Virus record (IMG/VR): IMGVR_UViG_3300021255_005861
Coordinates: 96,001 to 160,000 of that record
From: a virus
Taxonomy: Duplodnaviria > Caudoviricetes
Direction: 5' to 3' (one strand)
Length of the DNA stretch: 64,000 nucleotides
The translations under genes were made by a program, and so were the position numbers. Below are positions 27,651 through 38,200 of this stretch, piece after piece. How positions within the stretch are numbered: the first letter of the stretch is position 1; the number at the start of each line of letters is the position of its first letter. The notes beneath the pieces are model-generated. The model was not told where the DNA came from. It worked only from the letters and a program-made list of their open reading frames with translations, and ran no database searches.

Positions 27651-28088
27651 ATGATTACGCTGAAGAAAATGGCAAGCCAGTTCTACGACCTCTTCAAGAA
27701 CGTGAAGCCCACGCCGAAGGTGCGCCACCTGCGTATCCTTACGTGGGGCGACGACGTAGTGTTCCAAGGTTCGTGCATGGGCACGCAAGGGCTGTACACG
27801 ATGGACATACGCCTGCGCAAGGACGAGGAGGGGAAGGTATCGTACCTCTCCCCCGTGTCCGACATCTTCTGCGGGTGTCCCGCCTTCAAGTACTACGTGC
27901 AGGACCCCTTGGCCAAGGCCGGGTCCGCCGAGCCCACGGGACACGTGAATATGCGTATCAACAACCCGAAGCAGATTCCCGCTCCCTGCAAGCATCTCTA
28001 CGCATACATTCAGTACATAATGACGAGGGGACTCATTACGCAGGCCAACATGCGAAGCGCCAAGTCTGCCTTGAAGGACGTTAAGTAG
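27651..28088 (+). CDS. SWIM zinc-finger protein
   Basis: CGCPAF...PCKHL. Confidence 0.75.
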   Translation: MITLKKMASQFYDLFKNVKPTPKVRHLRILTWGDDVVFQGSCMGTQGLYTMDIRLRKDEEGKVSYLSPVSDIFCGCPAFKYYVQDPLAKAGSAEPTGHVNMRINNPKQIPAPCKHLYAYIQYIMTRGLITQANMRSAKSALKDVK

Positions 28089-28092
28089 CCCG

Positions 28093-30834
28093 ATGTCGTT
28101 CCTGTCCTCCATAGTATCCAAGTTCGGCAAGCCCGACGAGGGCGGTATCGGCGACGACAATTCGTCCCAGGCCGCCAAGGACAACAACCCGTACATCGCG
28201 GGCCCGGCGCTCGGCGCTCGCAACGCCTATGATGCGATATACTCGGCTGTCCGGTGGATGGCCGAGGGCAAGCGCAAGTCGCTGGAAACGATAGACGCGT
28301 GGCTGCGCGAGTGGGAGAAGGAGATAGACCGGATCGCGGCGCAGTACGAGGAACTGCTCAAGAAGATAGGTGACGTCATGGGCAGCGCCGAGGCGACGTT
28401 CACGATGGACCTCGCCAAGGAGGCGTGGGAAATAATCCAGGGCTCGCCCGAGCTCCGCAGGTACATGGGCGAAGCCAACTATTGGTACCTGCACGACACG
28501 TTGGGACTGCTGGCTACGCAGACCGGGTCGATGACCGCGGAACTTATGGAGGGCGTCAAGGCGGCGCTGAAGGCCACCATACTGGCTGTCCTGTCCGCTA
28601 CCGACGGCCTGCTCCAGGTGGAGAGCTACTACGGGCGGATAGCGCAGTACTGGGGCGGCCTCTACCAGAAGATGCTCCCCCTCCCGCTTACGGACAGCAT
28701 CTGCCCGCAGGTCACCTGCGCTTACTACTACAAGCCCACGCACGTTACCGATAGGGACGGGTACGTCCTCGAGAACCCCGTACCCGGAAACGGCTTCTCG
28801 CCCATACCGCTACCGCTACCCGACGTGGAAACGGCGGGCAGGTACGGTCTGCCCAGCGCCTTCCCCGATTACCAGGACCCGGCGTCGTGGTACGTGGACG
28901 GGGTCGGACGCACCCCGTGGTACATGCAGACCTCGATGGATATGTTCTGGCGCTCCCTTAACTACTGGGGCAGTTCCTACAGGGACTCCGTACCCCCGCT
29001 CGTAGGCATCGTATACGGGCAACGTGACTATACCGCCCGAGAGGATGGGGAGCACCCGTTGATAGTGGGGAAGACCTTCGCCCAGCTCGACACGTCCCTT
29101 ACCGCCATATCCGGCGGGAACACCGCATCGTCCAAGATTTCCGATATCCTCGGAGCGGTATTCACCGAGGACGTGGTCCCGTACCTGAACGAGTGGCAGG
29201 AGGCCTACGAGGCCATGCGGGATATTGTATTTAACTGGGCGGCAACCAACGGAATTAACTCCGTTACCGACCTGTACTACGCCACGGTTGGCAATACTCG
29301 TGCACTGTTCGCGCTCAAGGCGTACCTGGATTCAAGCGCCGACTACAAGACGGCACGTGAAAGACTTATAGGGGCATGGAACGGGATGGTTAATGCCTCG
29401 GGTACCGGATCCTATGCCGACTTCTACAGGGAGTGTCTGCGGGTGCTCCAGGAGGTGGCGCATGCTACGGGAGACCTCAAGGGCGAGAACGTGTATGCCA
29501 TGCCCGTTCCGATGGCGCTGTCCACGGACCCCGTCGTGAGTGTTGTAGATGGCGTTACCCTAGCAGCCCCGCAGTCCCCTGACATGTACGGGCTCCGCGG
29601 CATGGTAACAATTACGGGATGGGCGGCATCTCCTACAACTGACTATAGCGACGTGTTTGGCGTGGGTCGTTTTATCCTGCCGTCCGTGCAGGGTTTCGTC
29701 ATGTTCCCCCAGGACTACACTCCCGCGATGTACTCGGACGCATTGTGGTACCCCGTGGCGTACATGAGGCAACTGTCCGTTCTTACCAACAATGTTGATA
29801 TCGGGGTGGGAGAGGCTACCGTCAAGGGCGACTCCGAGATACTGCGCTACTCCTACGGGACGGCGTGGAACGCATCGGACACGGTGGGTACGCCCCCGTC
29901 GGCATTGTCTGACCCGGACGCCTGCGGGGTGGCGGATCCCGCCATTGTCGGCGACCGCTACATGTTCTGCAACCTGTTGTTCCCAGACGGCGTGATAGTT
30001 TCCGACGGGAGCATGTCCGACGCCCCGGACACCTTCGTTACCATATACCGGAAGTACGCCACTGCGTACATGGCATCCGAGGAACTAGCTGACGAGGTTG
30101 GGTACTCCATACGGGAGGGCCGCCAGGTCCTGTTCCCGTGCTTCGGCGTGTACGGCGAGTGGCTCGGAATGTACTCTTGGGAGTTCCGCGAGATGCCCTC
30201 GTCCACGTTCGGCGCCACCTATGCCCGCTGCAGAAGCGGGAGCGACCTCTACTACGAGAAGACGAGGCCATCTCACGTCGTGTTCCGCCACTCCCGCTAT
30301 TACTCCGACACGCGGGCCATGTCCATGACCATATACCACGAGGCCATAGCTCACTCCGAGCGCTCCGCCGGTGAGGAGAGGTACGACTTCTACGTGTTCC
30401 CTATGGAGAGCGTGTCTATAGGTACGCACAGGGACGGGGACTACGACCTCGGCAGCCTGTGGCCCGTCAACGTGACCAAGGACGGGGTCGGATACCGCTA
30501 CATAACTATGCGCAACGCCATTCCGAAGTGTCCCAAGTACGTGGACCCCGAGCTGTGGTCGTTCATGGACCTCGTGCACGAACTCTACTTCCTCGCCGAG
30601 AGCCTGTCGGGGCTGTGCGCGGACAACGGGGAGCGGATGGACAATATCGAGAAGACGCTCTCGGACTTCGGGCTCGAGCCCCCGCAGTTCCTCGGGCAGC
30701 TTCCCGCCGACAACGGGAAGCACATCGACTACAAGTTTACTATATTCCAACAGTACGCGGACAGGCTGAAGAAGGCGCTGGACAACGTCTACTCCCTGCG
30801 CGACAAGATTTTCAAGGCTACCGAGAACTGGTAG
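28093..30834 (+). CDS. Large hypothetical protein, probably virion
   Basis: 913-aa ORF with helical termini. Confidence 0.6.
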   Translation: MSFLSSIVSKFGKPDEGGIGDDNSSQAAKDNNPYIAGPALGARNAYDAIYSAVRWMAEGKRKSLETIDAWLREWEKEIDRIAAQYEELLKKIGDVMGSAEATFTMDLAKEAWEIIQGSPELRRYMGEANYWYLHDTLGLLATQTGSMTAELMEGVKAALKATILAVLSATDGLLQVESYYGRIAQYWGGLYQKMLPLPLTDSICPQVTCAYYYKPTHVTDRDGYVLENPVPGNGFSPIPLPLPDVETAGRYGLPSAFPDYQDPASWYVDGVGRTPWYMQTSMDMFWRSLNYWGSSYRDSVPPLVGIVYGQRDYTAREDGEHPLIVGKTFAQLDTSLTAISGGNTASSKISDILGAVFTEDVVPYLNEWQEAYEAMRDIVFNWAATNGINSVTDLYYATVGNTRALFALKAYLDSSADYKTARERLIGAWNGMVNASGTGSYADFYRECLRVLQEVAHATGDLKGENVYAMPVPMALSTDPVVSVVDGVTLAAPQSPDMYGLRGMVTITGWAASPTTDYSDVFGVGRFILPSVQGFVMFPQDYTPAMYSDALWYPVAYMRQLSVLTNNVDIGVGEATVKGDSEILRYSYGTAWNASDTVGTPPSALSDPDACGVADPAIVGDRYMFCNLLFPDGVIVSDGSMSDAPDTFVTIYRKYATAYMASEELADEVGYSIREGRQVLFPCFGVYGEWLGMYSWEFREMPSSTFGATYARCRSGSDLYYEKTRPSHVVFRHSRYYSDTRAMSMTIYHEAIAHSERSAGEERYDFYVFPMESVSIGTHRDGDYDLGSLWPVNVTKDGVGYRYITMRNAIPKCPKYVDPELWSFMDLVHELYFLAESLSGLCADNGERMDNIEKTLSDFGLEPPQFLGQLPADNGKHIDYKFTIFQQYADRLKKALDNVYSLRDKIFKATENW

Positions 30835-30847
30835 CGACGGAGGATTC

Positions 30848-31996
30848 ATGCTTACCAATCCTAACTGGAACGTACATACGAACTATGCGGTAAACGACGT
30901 ATTTAAGCCGGTCGCCGCGAACCAGCTCGTATCGACCATCCCTTACGACTACGTCATCACGCAGGCCATGCTGGACTGGGGTGTCGCCAATGCCAGCGAC
31001 TCCAACGGAATCGACATCGCGAAGGTGCTCAAGAAGGGGGACACGGGCAGTACTGCCGGCATAACTTCCAAGAAGCGTATCTCCGTAATGCTGGACTGCG
31101 ATACCGACTCGACTATGACGCTGAACTTCCGTAACCTTGTTGGATCCCCGTGGTTCGCTGAGGGGCAGGGCACCAACACCCTGGACATCTATCCGAAGGC
31201 ACCGTTCATATTTACCGGGCGCTCGGGACCGACATATATCTATAACGGATACAAGAACTTTGTAATCATCCTGGACACCGTCCAGCAGGCAACCCTGTAT
31301 GTGGGTGTGTTCACGTGCACCTCGAATATCCCGTGGAGTACTGGTTCGTTTATCTACGAGGCCGTCCAGGGCAACAACGTACCTTCCGGCGCAAGTGTCG
31401 TCCATACCGCATGGATGACGAACAAGGTGCCCGTGAGCGTATCCGACATATCCGACTTGCCCTCGTTGACCGCGGACATGTTCATCCTGCACAGTGGGAA
31501 TATGATACAGGACCAAGTGGATAATACTACGTTCACAGTCATCCAGGAGAAACTGGGTAGTAATATTGTACCATACCTCGTTACGTCCTATTCGGAAGGC
31601 CTTAACAAATTCTGTCCCTTGATAAATATAGAGGCGGGCTGTATTCCAGTGTTCCGTGACGAGAGTGGTAAACGCAACCTTCGCTTGGAATACGATAGTA
31701 CTCAACAGGTGTACAAGTGGAATATCGTGAACGACTTTAAATTCCCTGGCCTCATCCAGTTCCCCGGAGCGGGGGTAACGCAGCTTGACGTCTATAATAT
31801 GCTTGTGGAAAATATTACGGCCAACGGACTGCCCAAGCTCGCATATACTCCGTCGGGGTCGCAGACGTTCCTTGTCCCTGGTACGTCATATTTAAAACTA
31901 AGCAATACCTCGTATAATTTCTATTGGACGTATTCCTCCGGGAGCACTACCAATACCTTGTGGATGAACGGACAGGGTACATGGAATATTGATTGA
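30848..31996 (+). CDS. Hypothetical beta-rich (tail-associated?) protein
   Basis: Thr/Ser/Asn-rich 382-aa ORF. Confidence 0.55.
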   Translation: MLTNPNWNVHTNYAVNDVFKPVAANQLVSTIPYDYVITQAMLDWGVANASDSNGIDIAKVLKKGDTGSTAGITSKKRISVMLDCDTDSTMTLNFRNLVGSPWFAEGQGTNTLDIYPKAPFIFTGRSGPTYIYNGYKNFVIILDTVQQATLYVGVFTCTSNIPWSTGSFIYEAVQGNNVPSGASVVHTAWMTNKVPVSVSDISDLPSLTADMFILHSGNMIQDQVDNTTFTVIQEKLGSNIVPYLVTSYSEGLNKFCPLINIEAGCIPVFRDESGKRNLRLEYDSTQQVYKWNIVNDFKFPGLIQFPGAGVTQLDVYNMLVENITANGLPKLAYTPSGSQTFLVPGTSYLKLSNTSYNFYWTYSSGSTTNTLWMNGQGTWNID

Positions 31997-32643
31997 TGAA
32001 CTTCCTCCAGATATCGCTCACTACCAAGTGCAACCTGGCCTGCCCAACGTGCCCGATGGCGGCGTACCGGAATACGGATAACGCCCCGTTCGTGCTTACT
32101 AATGGCAGGCTCCTCCCGTGGATCCGCAAGTACCTCTCCCCACACTCCTGGGTCATCGAACTCACGGGGGGAGAGCCTGCCCTTTATGACGGCATCTCCG
32201 ACCTGCTATATGCACTGGACTCGGAAGGTTACAGGGGGCTCGTCAAGACCAACGGCCTGCTCCCCATACCCAAGACCGACAACTTCATACGCGTTGCCGC
32301 CTTCCACAACCTTGACCGGTTCCCCGTCTACTACGACAAGATACTTATTGTGGACAAGCTGGAACGCGAGGCCAAGGAGGCGTACTGCAAGGAGCACGGC
32401 ATAGACTACCGCGTCATCGGGTTCAACAAGGAGAACCCGGACGGAGCGACGCACGGCTTCGACAAGGTGGCCTACATCGACCCGCACGGACACCAGGTCC
32501 CCTGCCCGTCCTGCCCCATCCAGTACGAAAAACAACCCGACCGCTACACGATCGAGTATCAACGGTTGAAGCCGGGTATGTGCTGCGGGCACTGCAAGGC
32601 GGCGATAGACGCATGGCGCTTCCTGCCCGACTCGTGGAATTGA
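31993..32643 (+). CDS. Radical SAM protein
   Basis: CNLACPTC, ELTGGEP, KTNG. Confidence 0.85.
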   Translation: MMNFLQISLTTKCNLACPTCPMAAYRNTDNAPFVLTNGRLLPWIRKYLSPHSWVIELTGGEPALYDGISDLLYALDSEGYRGLVKTNGLLPIPKTDNFIRVAAFHNLDRFPVYYDKILIVDKLEREAKEAYCKEHGIDYRVIGFNKENPDGATHGFDKVAYIDPHGHQVPCPSCPIQYEKQPDRYTIEYQRLKPGMCCGHCKAAIDAWRFLPDSWN

Positions 32644-34006
32644 ACTATCCCCCACGCTAAAGACATGCGGGATTCCCTAACTTACACAGAAACATTTCCT
32701 GCGATGGTTTCGGGCATTCTCGGTGTAATCCGAGCATTTTTAAGGACTTCGGTAGGTTCCCTTCCTAATGTCCGTTTGACTCCTAGATACAGAATATTAC
32801 GTGCAGCGTTCACATCCCTATCGTGCTGTACGTTGCATACGGGGCATACCCACTGATTCACACCTAACACGACAGCCGTATTTATATTCCCGCACACGTT
32901 ACAGGTCTTGCTTGTGTATTGTGCAGGCACCTTTACAAGGTTCGTCTTATAGGACAGGTATTGCCGAAGCAACCCAAATCCTTGGTCGCCAACAGTCTTA
33001 CCGTGTTCTAGCTCCGAAGCCATCTTGGATAGATCGATGTCCTCCATGAACACGTATTGGTATTTGTTGGCTAACTCCCGGCTAACCTTGTGAAGCCAAT
33101 CCTTACGTTGGTTGGCTACTTTTTCGTATAGCCTCGCCACTTTAAGTCTGGCTTTTTGATATCGGTGGGATTGTTCGTTCTTTCCATTGACGAACCGGTT
33201 GGACTGGATTTGCTGGTATTTCGCTAGCTGCTTTTCCTTACGCTTCAAGAAACGGGGGCACTTGATTTTCGTGCCGTCGCTCAAAGTGAGGAAAGAATCG
33301 GAGTTGCAGTTCCAATCTATGCCTACGGCTTTTCCATTTTGTATTTTCTTAATATCTTTAGTTTCTACACAAATCTTGACATACCATTTTCCACTTGCAG
33401 ACCGCTTAAAGGTAATGTTCTTCCATCTACCCTTGCAGAACTGCGAAGACGCATGGAGGGGTATATAGCCAAGCCTACGAGATATGAACAGCCCTTTTGA
33501 ATTGATGTGGGCTACATTTCTTTGCAATGCATACCTAAACGATGCCTTGGAGTTCTTTTTGCTCTTGAAGGTTGGTGGTTGCATAGGCTTTCCCTTGCGG
33601 GTACCCTTGAGAGATGCAAAGAAATTCGTATATGCTCCACGGACATCGCTCCATGTTTGTCCAAGTGGCACGGAATCCACTTCCTTAATCCACTCCAATG
33701 CTTCGGGCTTGAACTTCATGAACGTAGGCTTGTAGCCCTCAATAGGCATACTGTGGTCTTTGTTCTTGTTCTCCACCACCAGGTTGTAATACAGACGACA
33801 AAGACCAAGTGTCTTGTTGAAGATAGACACTTGTTCCTTGGTTGGATAGATTCTGTATTCGTAAGCTTTGTTCATAAGTTTATGTAAACTTTGACTATAC
33901 TTTAAATATGCATAAGGTTTTTAGAATTTGCAATAGGTTTATTCAAAAATCTGGGCGATTCATTTTACAGGCACTAAAAATTTGTGAGTATTCTCGTTAC
34001 ATTTCT
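32640..34006 (-). mobile_element. IS200/IS605-family tnpB-only element
   Basis: Right-end hairpin ending gatagttcaa; degenerate left hairpin; TTAT target motif. Confidence 0.8.
32682..33875 (-). CDS. tnpB: TnpB RNA-guided nuclease
   Basis: KAYEYRIYPT, GIDWN, FMEDI, CNVC..CPVC, HDRDVNAARN. Confidence 0.92.
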   Translation of the reverse strand: MNKAYEYRIYPTKEQVSIFNKTLGLCRLYYNLVVENKNKDHSMPIEGYKPTFMKFKPEALEWIKEVDSVPLGQTWSDVRGAYTNFFASLKGTRKGKPMQPPTFKSKKNSKASFRYALQRNVAHINSKGLFISRRLGYIPLHASSQFCKGRWKNITFKRSASGKWYVKICVETKDIKKIQNGKAVGIDWNCNSDSFLTLSDGTKIKCPRFLKRKEKQLAKYQQIQSNRFVNGKNEQSHRYQKARLKVARLYEKVANQRKDWLHKVSRELANKYQYVFMEDIDLSKMASELEHGKTVGDQGFGLLRQYLSYKTNLVKVPAQYTSKTCNVCGNINTAVVLGVNQWVCPVCNVQHDRDVNAARNILYLGVKRTLGREPTEVLKNARITPRMPETIAGNVSV

Positions 34007-34179
34007 ATAACTTCTTTATATTCAATAATAAAGTTCTGATGCCACCACGAGTTAATCGTGAGCGCGTTGTTGCACTTGCCGTTGAGCCACAGGAAGTACG
34101 GGCCCTTGTCGGCGTGTTCCAACCCGTGCGTTGCGGTGAAGCCTATTCTATGTACGTTGCTCAATCCTAGATTTTTCAT
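33997..34179 (-). CDS. Free-standing C5-MTase TRD-like microprotein
   Basis: NGKCNNALTINSWWHQNFIIEY; ATGA-coupled to the upstream gene. Confidence 0.55.
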   Translation of the reverse strand: MKNLGLSNVHRIGFTATHGLEHADKGPYFLWLNGKCNNALTINSWWHQNFIIEYKEVIEM

Positions 34180-34337
34180 CGCAAGTCCTTGTACAAAATG
34201 ACCTTGATCTTGTTTCCGCTGCCCTCGCTGGATTTCAGTGCGTAGCACTTGCCCGCCGGATCCACGACGTTCTGCTCAAAGTGCCAACCGTAGGGCGTCA
34301 TGTCCTTCAGCGGCGTAATGACGTTGCCGCCATTCAT
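34176..34337 (-). CDS. Free-standing C5-MTase TRD-like microprotein (53 aa)
   Basis: GWHFEQNVVDPAGKCYALKSSEGSGNKIKVILY; ATGA-coupled to the helicase stop. Confidence 0.6.
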   Translation of the reverse strand: MNGGNVITPLKDMTPYGWHFEQNVVDPAGKCYALKSSEGSGNKIKVILYKDLR

Positions 34338-35794
34338 CGCCTCCTCCTCGGGCTGCCCCTACGCGGTGCCCTCTCATCAGATTCCTCGTCGTGGTATTCC
34401 TCTTCCTGACCCATGTCCACTCTCGACAGCAACTTGAAGTCGAGGTACGGCCTCCCGATGGCGAGGCACGACGTGCATACCACCTGGTCTATGCAGGGAG
34501 CGCCGTCACGCGAGGTTTCGCAGGCCACTCGGCATATCCCCCTGGCCTTCTCCTCCATGGAGTGGTTCAGCGTTATCAGCTTGGTCACGTGAGCCACCTT
34601 TCGGATATCTTCGGCCACGTCCGCCGCTCCGACGTCCTTGTTGCCGCCCACGGTCTGCCTGCCGGTTTGCGATGCGGTCACCAGTACGCCCTTGCGCTCC
34701 GACGCCAGACCTCTCAAACCCTTCCACGTGGTGTTGATGCGGTCGCGTTCCGAGTCTCCTCGCCCGAGGTCCATGATATCCGCGTAGTCCACGACTATCA
34801 CCTCGGGTACGAAGTTCTCGTACACCTCCATGTCCTTGAGTTCCGCCTGCAACCCGCGCACCGTGAGCGAGTTCGTCGGGTAGTTCCTCAGTTCCAGCCT
34901 TCCCCCGCGGCTCATCTTCCGCAGGTCCCGCATGTCCTTCGCTATGCGCTCGTCGGACACGTCCACGCGACGGGTCGTGGCCACCCCGTCCACGATACGG
35001 AACACGCCCTCGTCGCACTCCTGGAACTCCGGCCACGGGGCCTCCTCCCCGTACCTGCTCCTGCCCTGCAGCATCTGCCAGAACCTGCGCACCATCTGCT
35101 TCTTGGACATCTCCAGGGAAACGAACAGCACCGCCTTGCCCTGCAAGGCCGCCTGCATCGCGATGACCATGAGCCACCACGTCTTGCTCGACTTGGGGGG
35201 ACCGATGACCGCGACGAAGTCCTCGCGGATGAACGGGCCGATGACCCTGCCGAGTTCCCCCGGCATCTCGAACACAACGTCCTCCTCGTCGTCGAAGGCG
35301 GAGGACACCGCCTCCACGTCGCCGAACATGTCCACGACCTCGGTCTTGCGGATCTCGGGCTTCACGAAGTCCGCTATAGCGTGGAAGCCCCCGCTCACGT
35401 CGTTGGCCTGCACCGCACGTGATAGCCGGTCGGAGAGAACGGCGAGCGACCGCCCCTGGAAGAACTTCAGCGCCATCTCCTCGGCCATGCCCTCGTTCGT
35501 GGGAAGCCACTCGTCGGAGCAGGACTGGAGGAAGGTGTAGACCATCTCCGCGTCCGCGTCCTTGAGCTCGGACGCCCGCTGGCGGTACAAGTCGCTTATC
35601 GCGCCCTTCGGGGCCTCTCCGCACTTGTCGTAGAAGTCCCATACCCACGTGGACACTATCTTTCCCAGCGTGGTCTCGAACAGGGTTGGGTCGCCCACCT
35701 TCCGGCACCTACCGAGGAGCGTGGTGGACATGATTAGGTTTGAAAGTACTCTGCGTTCAACGGATATGTCTATCTTCTCGCGGCGTAGGGGCAT
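34334..35794 (-). CDS. DnaB-like replicative helicase
   Basis: Walker A variant GPPKSSKT, SLEM, VVDYAD, TASQ. Confidence 0.88.
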   Translation of the reverse strand: MPLRREKIDISVERRVLSNLIMSTTLLGRCRKVGDPTLFETTLGKIVSTWVWDFYDKCGEAPKGAISDLYRQRASELKDADAEMVYTFLQSCSDEWLPTNEGMAEEMALKFFQGRSLAVLSDRLSRAVQANDVSGGFHAIADFVKPEIRKTEVVDMFGDVEAVSSAFDDEEDVVFEMPGELGRVIGPFIREDFVAVIGPPKSSKTWWLMVIAMQAALQGKAVLFVSLEMSKKQMVRRFWQMLQGRSRYGEEAPWPEFQECDEGVFRIVDGVATTRRVDVSDERIAKDMRDLRKMSRGGRLELRNYPTNSLTVRGLQAELKDMEVYENFVPEVIVVDYADIMDLGRGDSERDRINTTWKGLRGLASERKGVLVTASQTGRQTVGGNKDVGAADVAEDIRKVAHVTKLITLNHSMEEKARGICRVACETSRDGAPCIDQVVCTSCLAIGRPYLDFKLLSRVDMGQEEEYHDEESDERAPRRGSPRRRR

Positions 35795-35858
35795 GCGTAA
35801 AAACTCTGGGGTGGCGATGTAAAACTTGAAATGGGCACGCCCGAGAGCGTGCCCTTCC

Positions 35859-35878
35859 AATATAGCAAGGCGGCAAAA
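35859..35878 (-). promoter_or_regulatory. Phage promoter motif TTTTGCC-N4-YGCTATAWT
   Basis: Seven copies: here, 39227, 41403, 43281, 49969, 56383, 57168. Confidence 0.75.
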
Positions 35879-36038
35879 TCAGTTATTTCTTACTTGACGT
35901 AAGATTCTCTATTGGGGTAGTTTTCCCGAAGTGGTGCGTGTCGTAGTAGCGCAGTTCCTCCTTGGACAGCGTGTTGGGGACGATTTTGTGTCCTGCCGCG
36001 AGCAGGCTCTTTTCTAGTTCTTTCGCATTCAGCATAGT

Positions 36039-38198
36039 CTATCCTTTAGGGACGCGGATTCCCTTCCTCTCCATTATCTCGGTCAATAGGTCTATATCCG
36101 CGGCTTCCTTGCCGTCCACGAGCCCGTCTAGCATCTTGGCACGGTTGTCCAGGATTTCCATAGCCTCCATGTCGATAGTCCCGTTGGCAACGAGATAGTA
36201 TGCCGTTACGGGCTTCGTCTGCCCTGAACGAGATAGGCGATCCGTTGCCTGCCGGTGGAAGTTCGGCGTGTGGGCGAACTCGGCGAAGGCACAGTGGCTG
36301 CATACATGCTGAAGTCCGTCGATACCGACACCCCCGCTCTGGATGTTGGCCACGAGCAGGCGGCAGTCCTCGTCCTTGATGAACATGTCCTTGGCCGTCT
36401 CCCTCTCGCTGGCGGTCATTCCCCCGTATATCTTGGCGGGCTTCCACGGTTTCATCTGCGAGCAGAGCAGATCCACCACGTCACGATGCCACGCAAAGAG
36501 CAATAGCTTCTCCCCGGACTGGAGGAAGCAGTCCACCCAGTCCTCCAAAGCCTTCTCTTTGAGCGTGAAGGCGGTGTGCAGTAGCCCCGCGATGCGGTTC
36601 CTCATGCCCGAGAGTTCCGTGCCCCCGCCGAATACGGAGGCCTCCTCCTCGGCATACGCCTTCATGGCATCGGGATCGGTCTCTAGCGGCACCACCTCTA
36701 TCGTCTTGGGGGGCAGATCCTTCATCACGTCCTGCTTCGTGCGCCTCAGCATGCAGTTCACGATGGCGCGGTGGAGCTGGTCGGCGTTGGTCACCCCGTT
36801 GAAGGTCATGCCGTACCCGTTGTTCTTCGGGTCGCAGTAGGTGTATAGATACTTGTAGTAGTCGGGGAATACGTCCGGCATCATTATGTTGAGGCACGGC
36901 CAGAACTGGGCGGGGCGGGACATCGCGGGGGTGCCGCTCATCGCTATCACCTCACGTGTAATCTTCGCCAGGGCCATGAACGCCATCGAGCGTATGGACT
37001 TGGGGTTGCCTATCGCCTGCACCTCGTCCCCTACCAGCAACATTAAATTTAGCCTAGTCAGCTGGCCGTCTGCAATAAATCTCAACTTGCCGTCCTTGGT
37101 CTTCTCGGTATGTCCTACCCAGTCGGCAAGGATGTCCCAGTTGATTATGTACGTCTTGTCCGGGGACAGCTCGTGTGGGGTCTTGCCGTACAGCACCTCG
37201 GGCTTCGGGAACGTCCCCTCCACCTTCGAGAGCCACGCTTCGTATGCGTTCTTCCACTGCAGTTTCGTCGGGGCGTTGACCACGTAGAGGGCGGGGAAGG
37301 ACTGGGCGTAGACCATCCACGCGAGCGCCTCCACGGTCTTGCCGCAGTTGTGCACCACGATCCGGTTCGCCACGAAGTTGGCGTGCTCCAGCACCTTCAC
37401 GTCGTAGGTCATCCGCATCCCGCAGGGATACACGGAGTCAACCCTCGCGTAGTCCTCCTCCCCGTCTATGCGAACCCTGCACCCCAAGAGCTTCTCCGCC
37501 TCCACGTACCCGTAGTCAGTAAGAACTCGGTGGTCGTGCGTGGCTATCAGGAACTTGCCATTATCCAGGGTGACGTGTACGCACCCCTTGATGCCGCTCT
37601 CTATGACATCTACAATTTCTCCGTATCCGAGAGTGCCGTCGGCGAGGACGCACTTGATTTTCCACTGTTTGTCCTCGGTGTACTTGCGGTGCAGGGTTTC
37701 CAGGGACATCCCTACTACCTTCTCGCCCGTGTCGATATGCACGAGCATGTCGCCCGAGATGCATCCCATCTCGTCGCCGAGCAGCACCCTTCCGTGCCTT
37801 ACCTGGCAGAACTTGAGGAAATCCACTTGATACGGGCGCAGGCCGGGGAGCAGCGTAGCCCCCGGTATTAGCCCCATCCGGTCTATCTTCGCCCGTTGCT
37901 CTTCCAACGGGTCGGGAAGGTCGGCCTTCTCCACGGGGGGATCTGGCGCGGGCCATCCCGACATGAACAGCCACTCCCGCGTCTTGTCGTCCCACGGGAG
38001 TTCCCACAGCTTGGTCAGCGTGTTGTAGTTGCGGACGGGCAATGCCTTTATGGCGGCGAGAATGAGTTTCCACGTGTCCCTGTCGGGGCAATTCCACCCT
38101 ACCTCCACCTTCTCGTTTCCGGGGAGCATACGGGCGGTATACCTGCATCCGGGTACAGGCGATATCGGGGGCGGGAATCGGGTTTTCTTCGGGTACAT
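36039..38198 (-). CDS. SNF2/HARP-like helicase with mini-intein
   Basis: DEMG-[intein]-CGKT, DEVQ, SGTP, GVGIDGLQ, QATDRLSR. Confidence 0.9.
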   Translation of the reverse strand: MYPKKTRFPPPISPVPGCRYTARMLPGNEKVEVGWNCPDRDTWKLILAAIKALPVRNYNTLTKLWELPWDDKTREWLFMSGWPAPDPPVEKADLPDPLEEQRAKIDRMGLIPGATLLPGLRPYQVDFLKFCQVRHGRVLLGDEMGCISGDMLVHIDTGEKVVGMSLETLHRKYTEDKQWKIKCVLADGTLGYGEIVDVIESGIKGCVHVTLDNGKFLIATHDHRVLTDYGYVEAEKLLGCRVRIDGEEDYARVDSVYPCGMRMTYDVKVLEHANFVANRIVVHNCGKTVEALAWMVYAQSFPALYVVNAPTKLQWKNAYEAWLSKVEGTFPKPEVLYGKTPHELSPDKTYIINWDILADWVGHTEKTKDGKLRFIADGQLTRLNLMLLVGDEVQAIGNPKSIRSMAFMALAKITREVIAMSGTPAMSRPAQFWPCLNIMMPDVFPDYYKYLYTYCDPKNNGYGMTFNGVTNADQLHRAIVNCMLRRTKQDVMKDLPPKTIEVVPLETDPDAMKAYAEEEASVFGGGTELSGMRNRIAGLLHTAFTLKEKALEDWVDCFLQSGEKLLLFAWHRDVVDLLCSQMKPWKPAKIYGGMTASERETAKDMFIKDEDCRLLVANIQSGGVGIDGLQHVCSHCAFAEFAHTPNFHRQATDRLSRSGQTKPVTAYYLVANGTIDMEAMEILDNRAKMLDGLVDGKEAADIDLLTEIMERKGIRVPKG
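37347..37763 (-). other. Mini-intein (139 aa) in the helicase Walker A motif
   Basis: CISGD...THDHRV...VVHN/C. Confidence 0.9.
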
Positions 38199-38200
38199 AA

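Noticed and set aside
35875-36035. Small minus-strand gene apparently frameshifted at an A5 run
   Set aside because: Too weak to call; noted because it may signal homopolymer errors or decay, which tempers the phase-variation finding.
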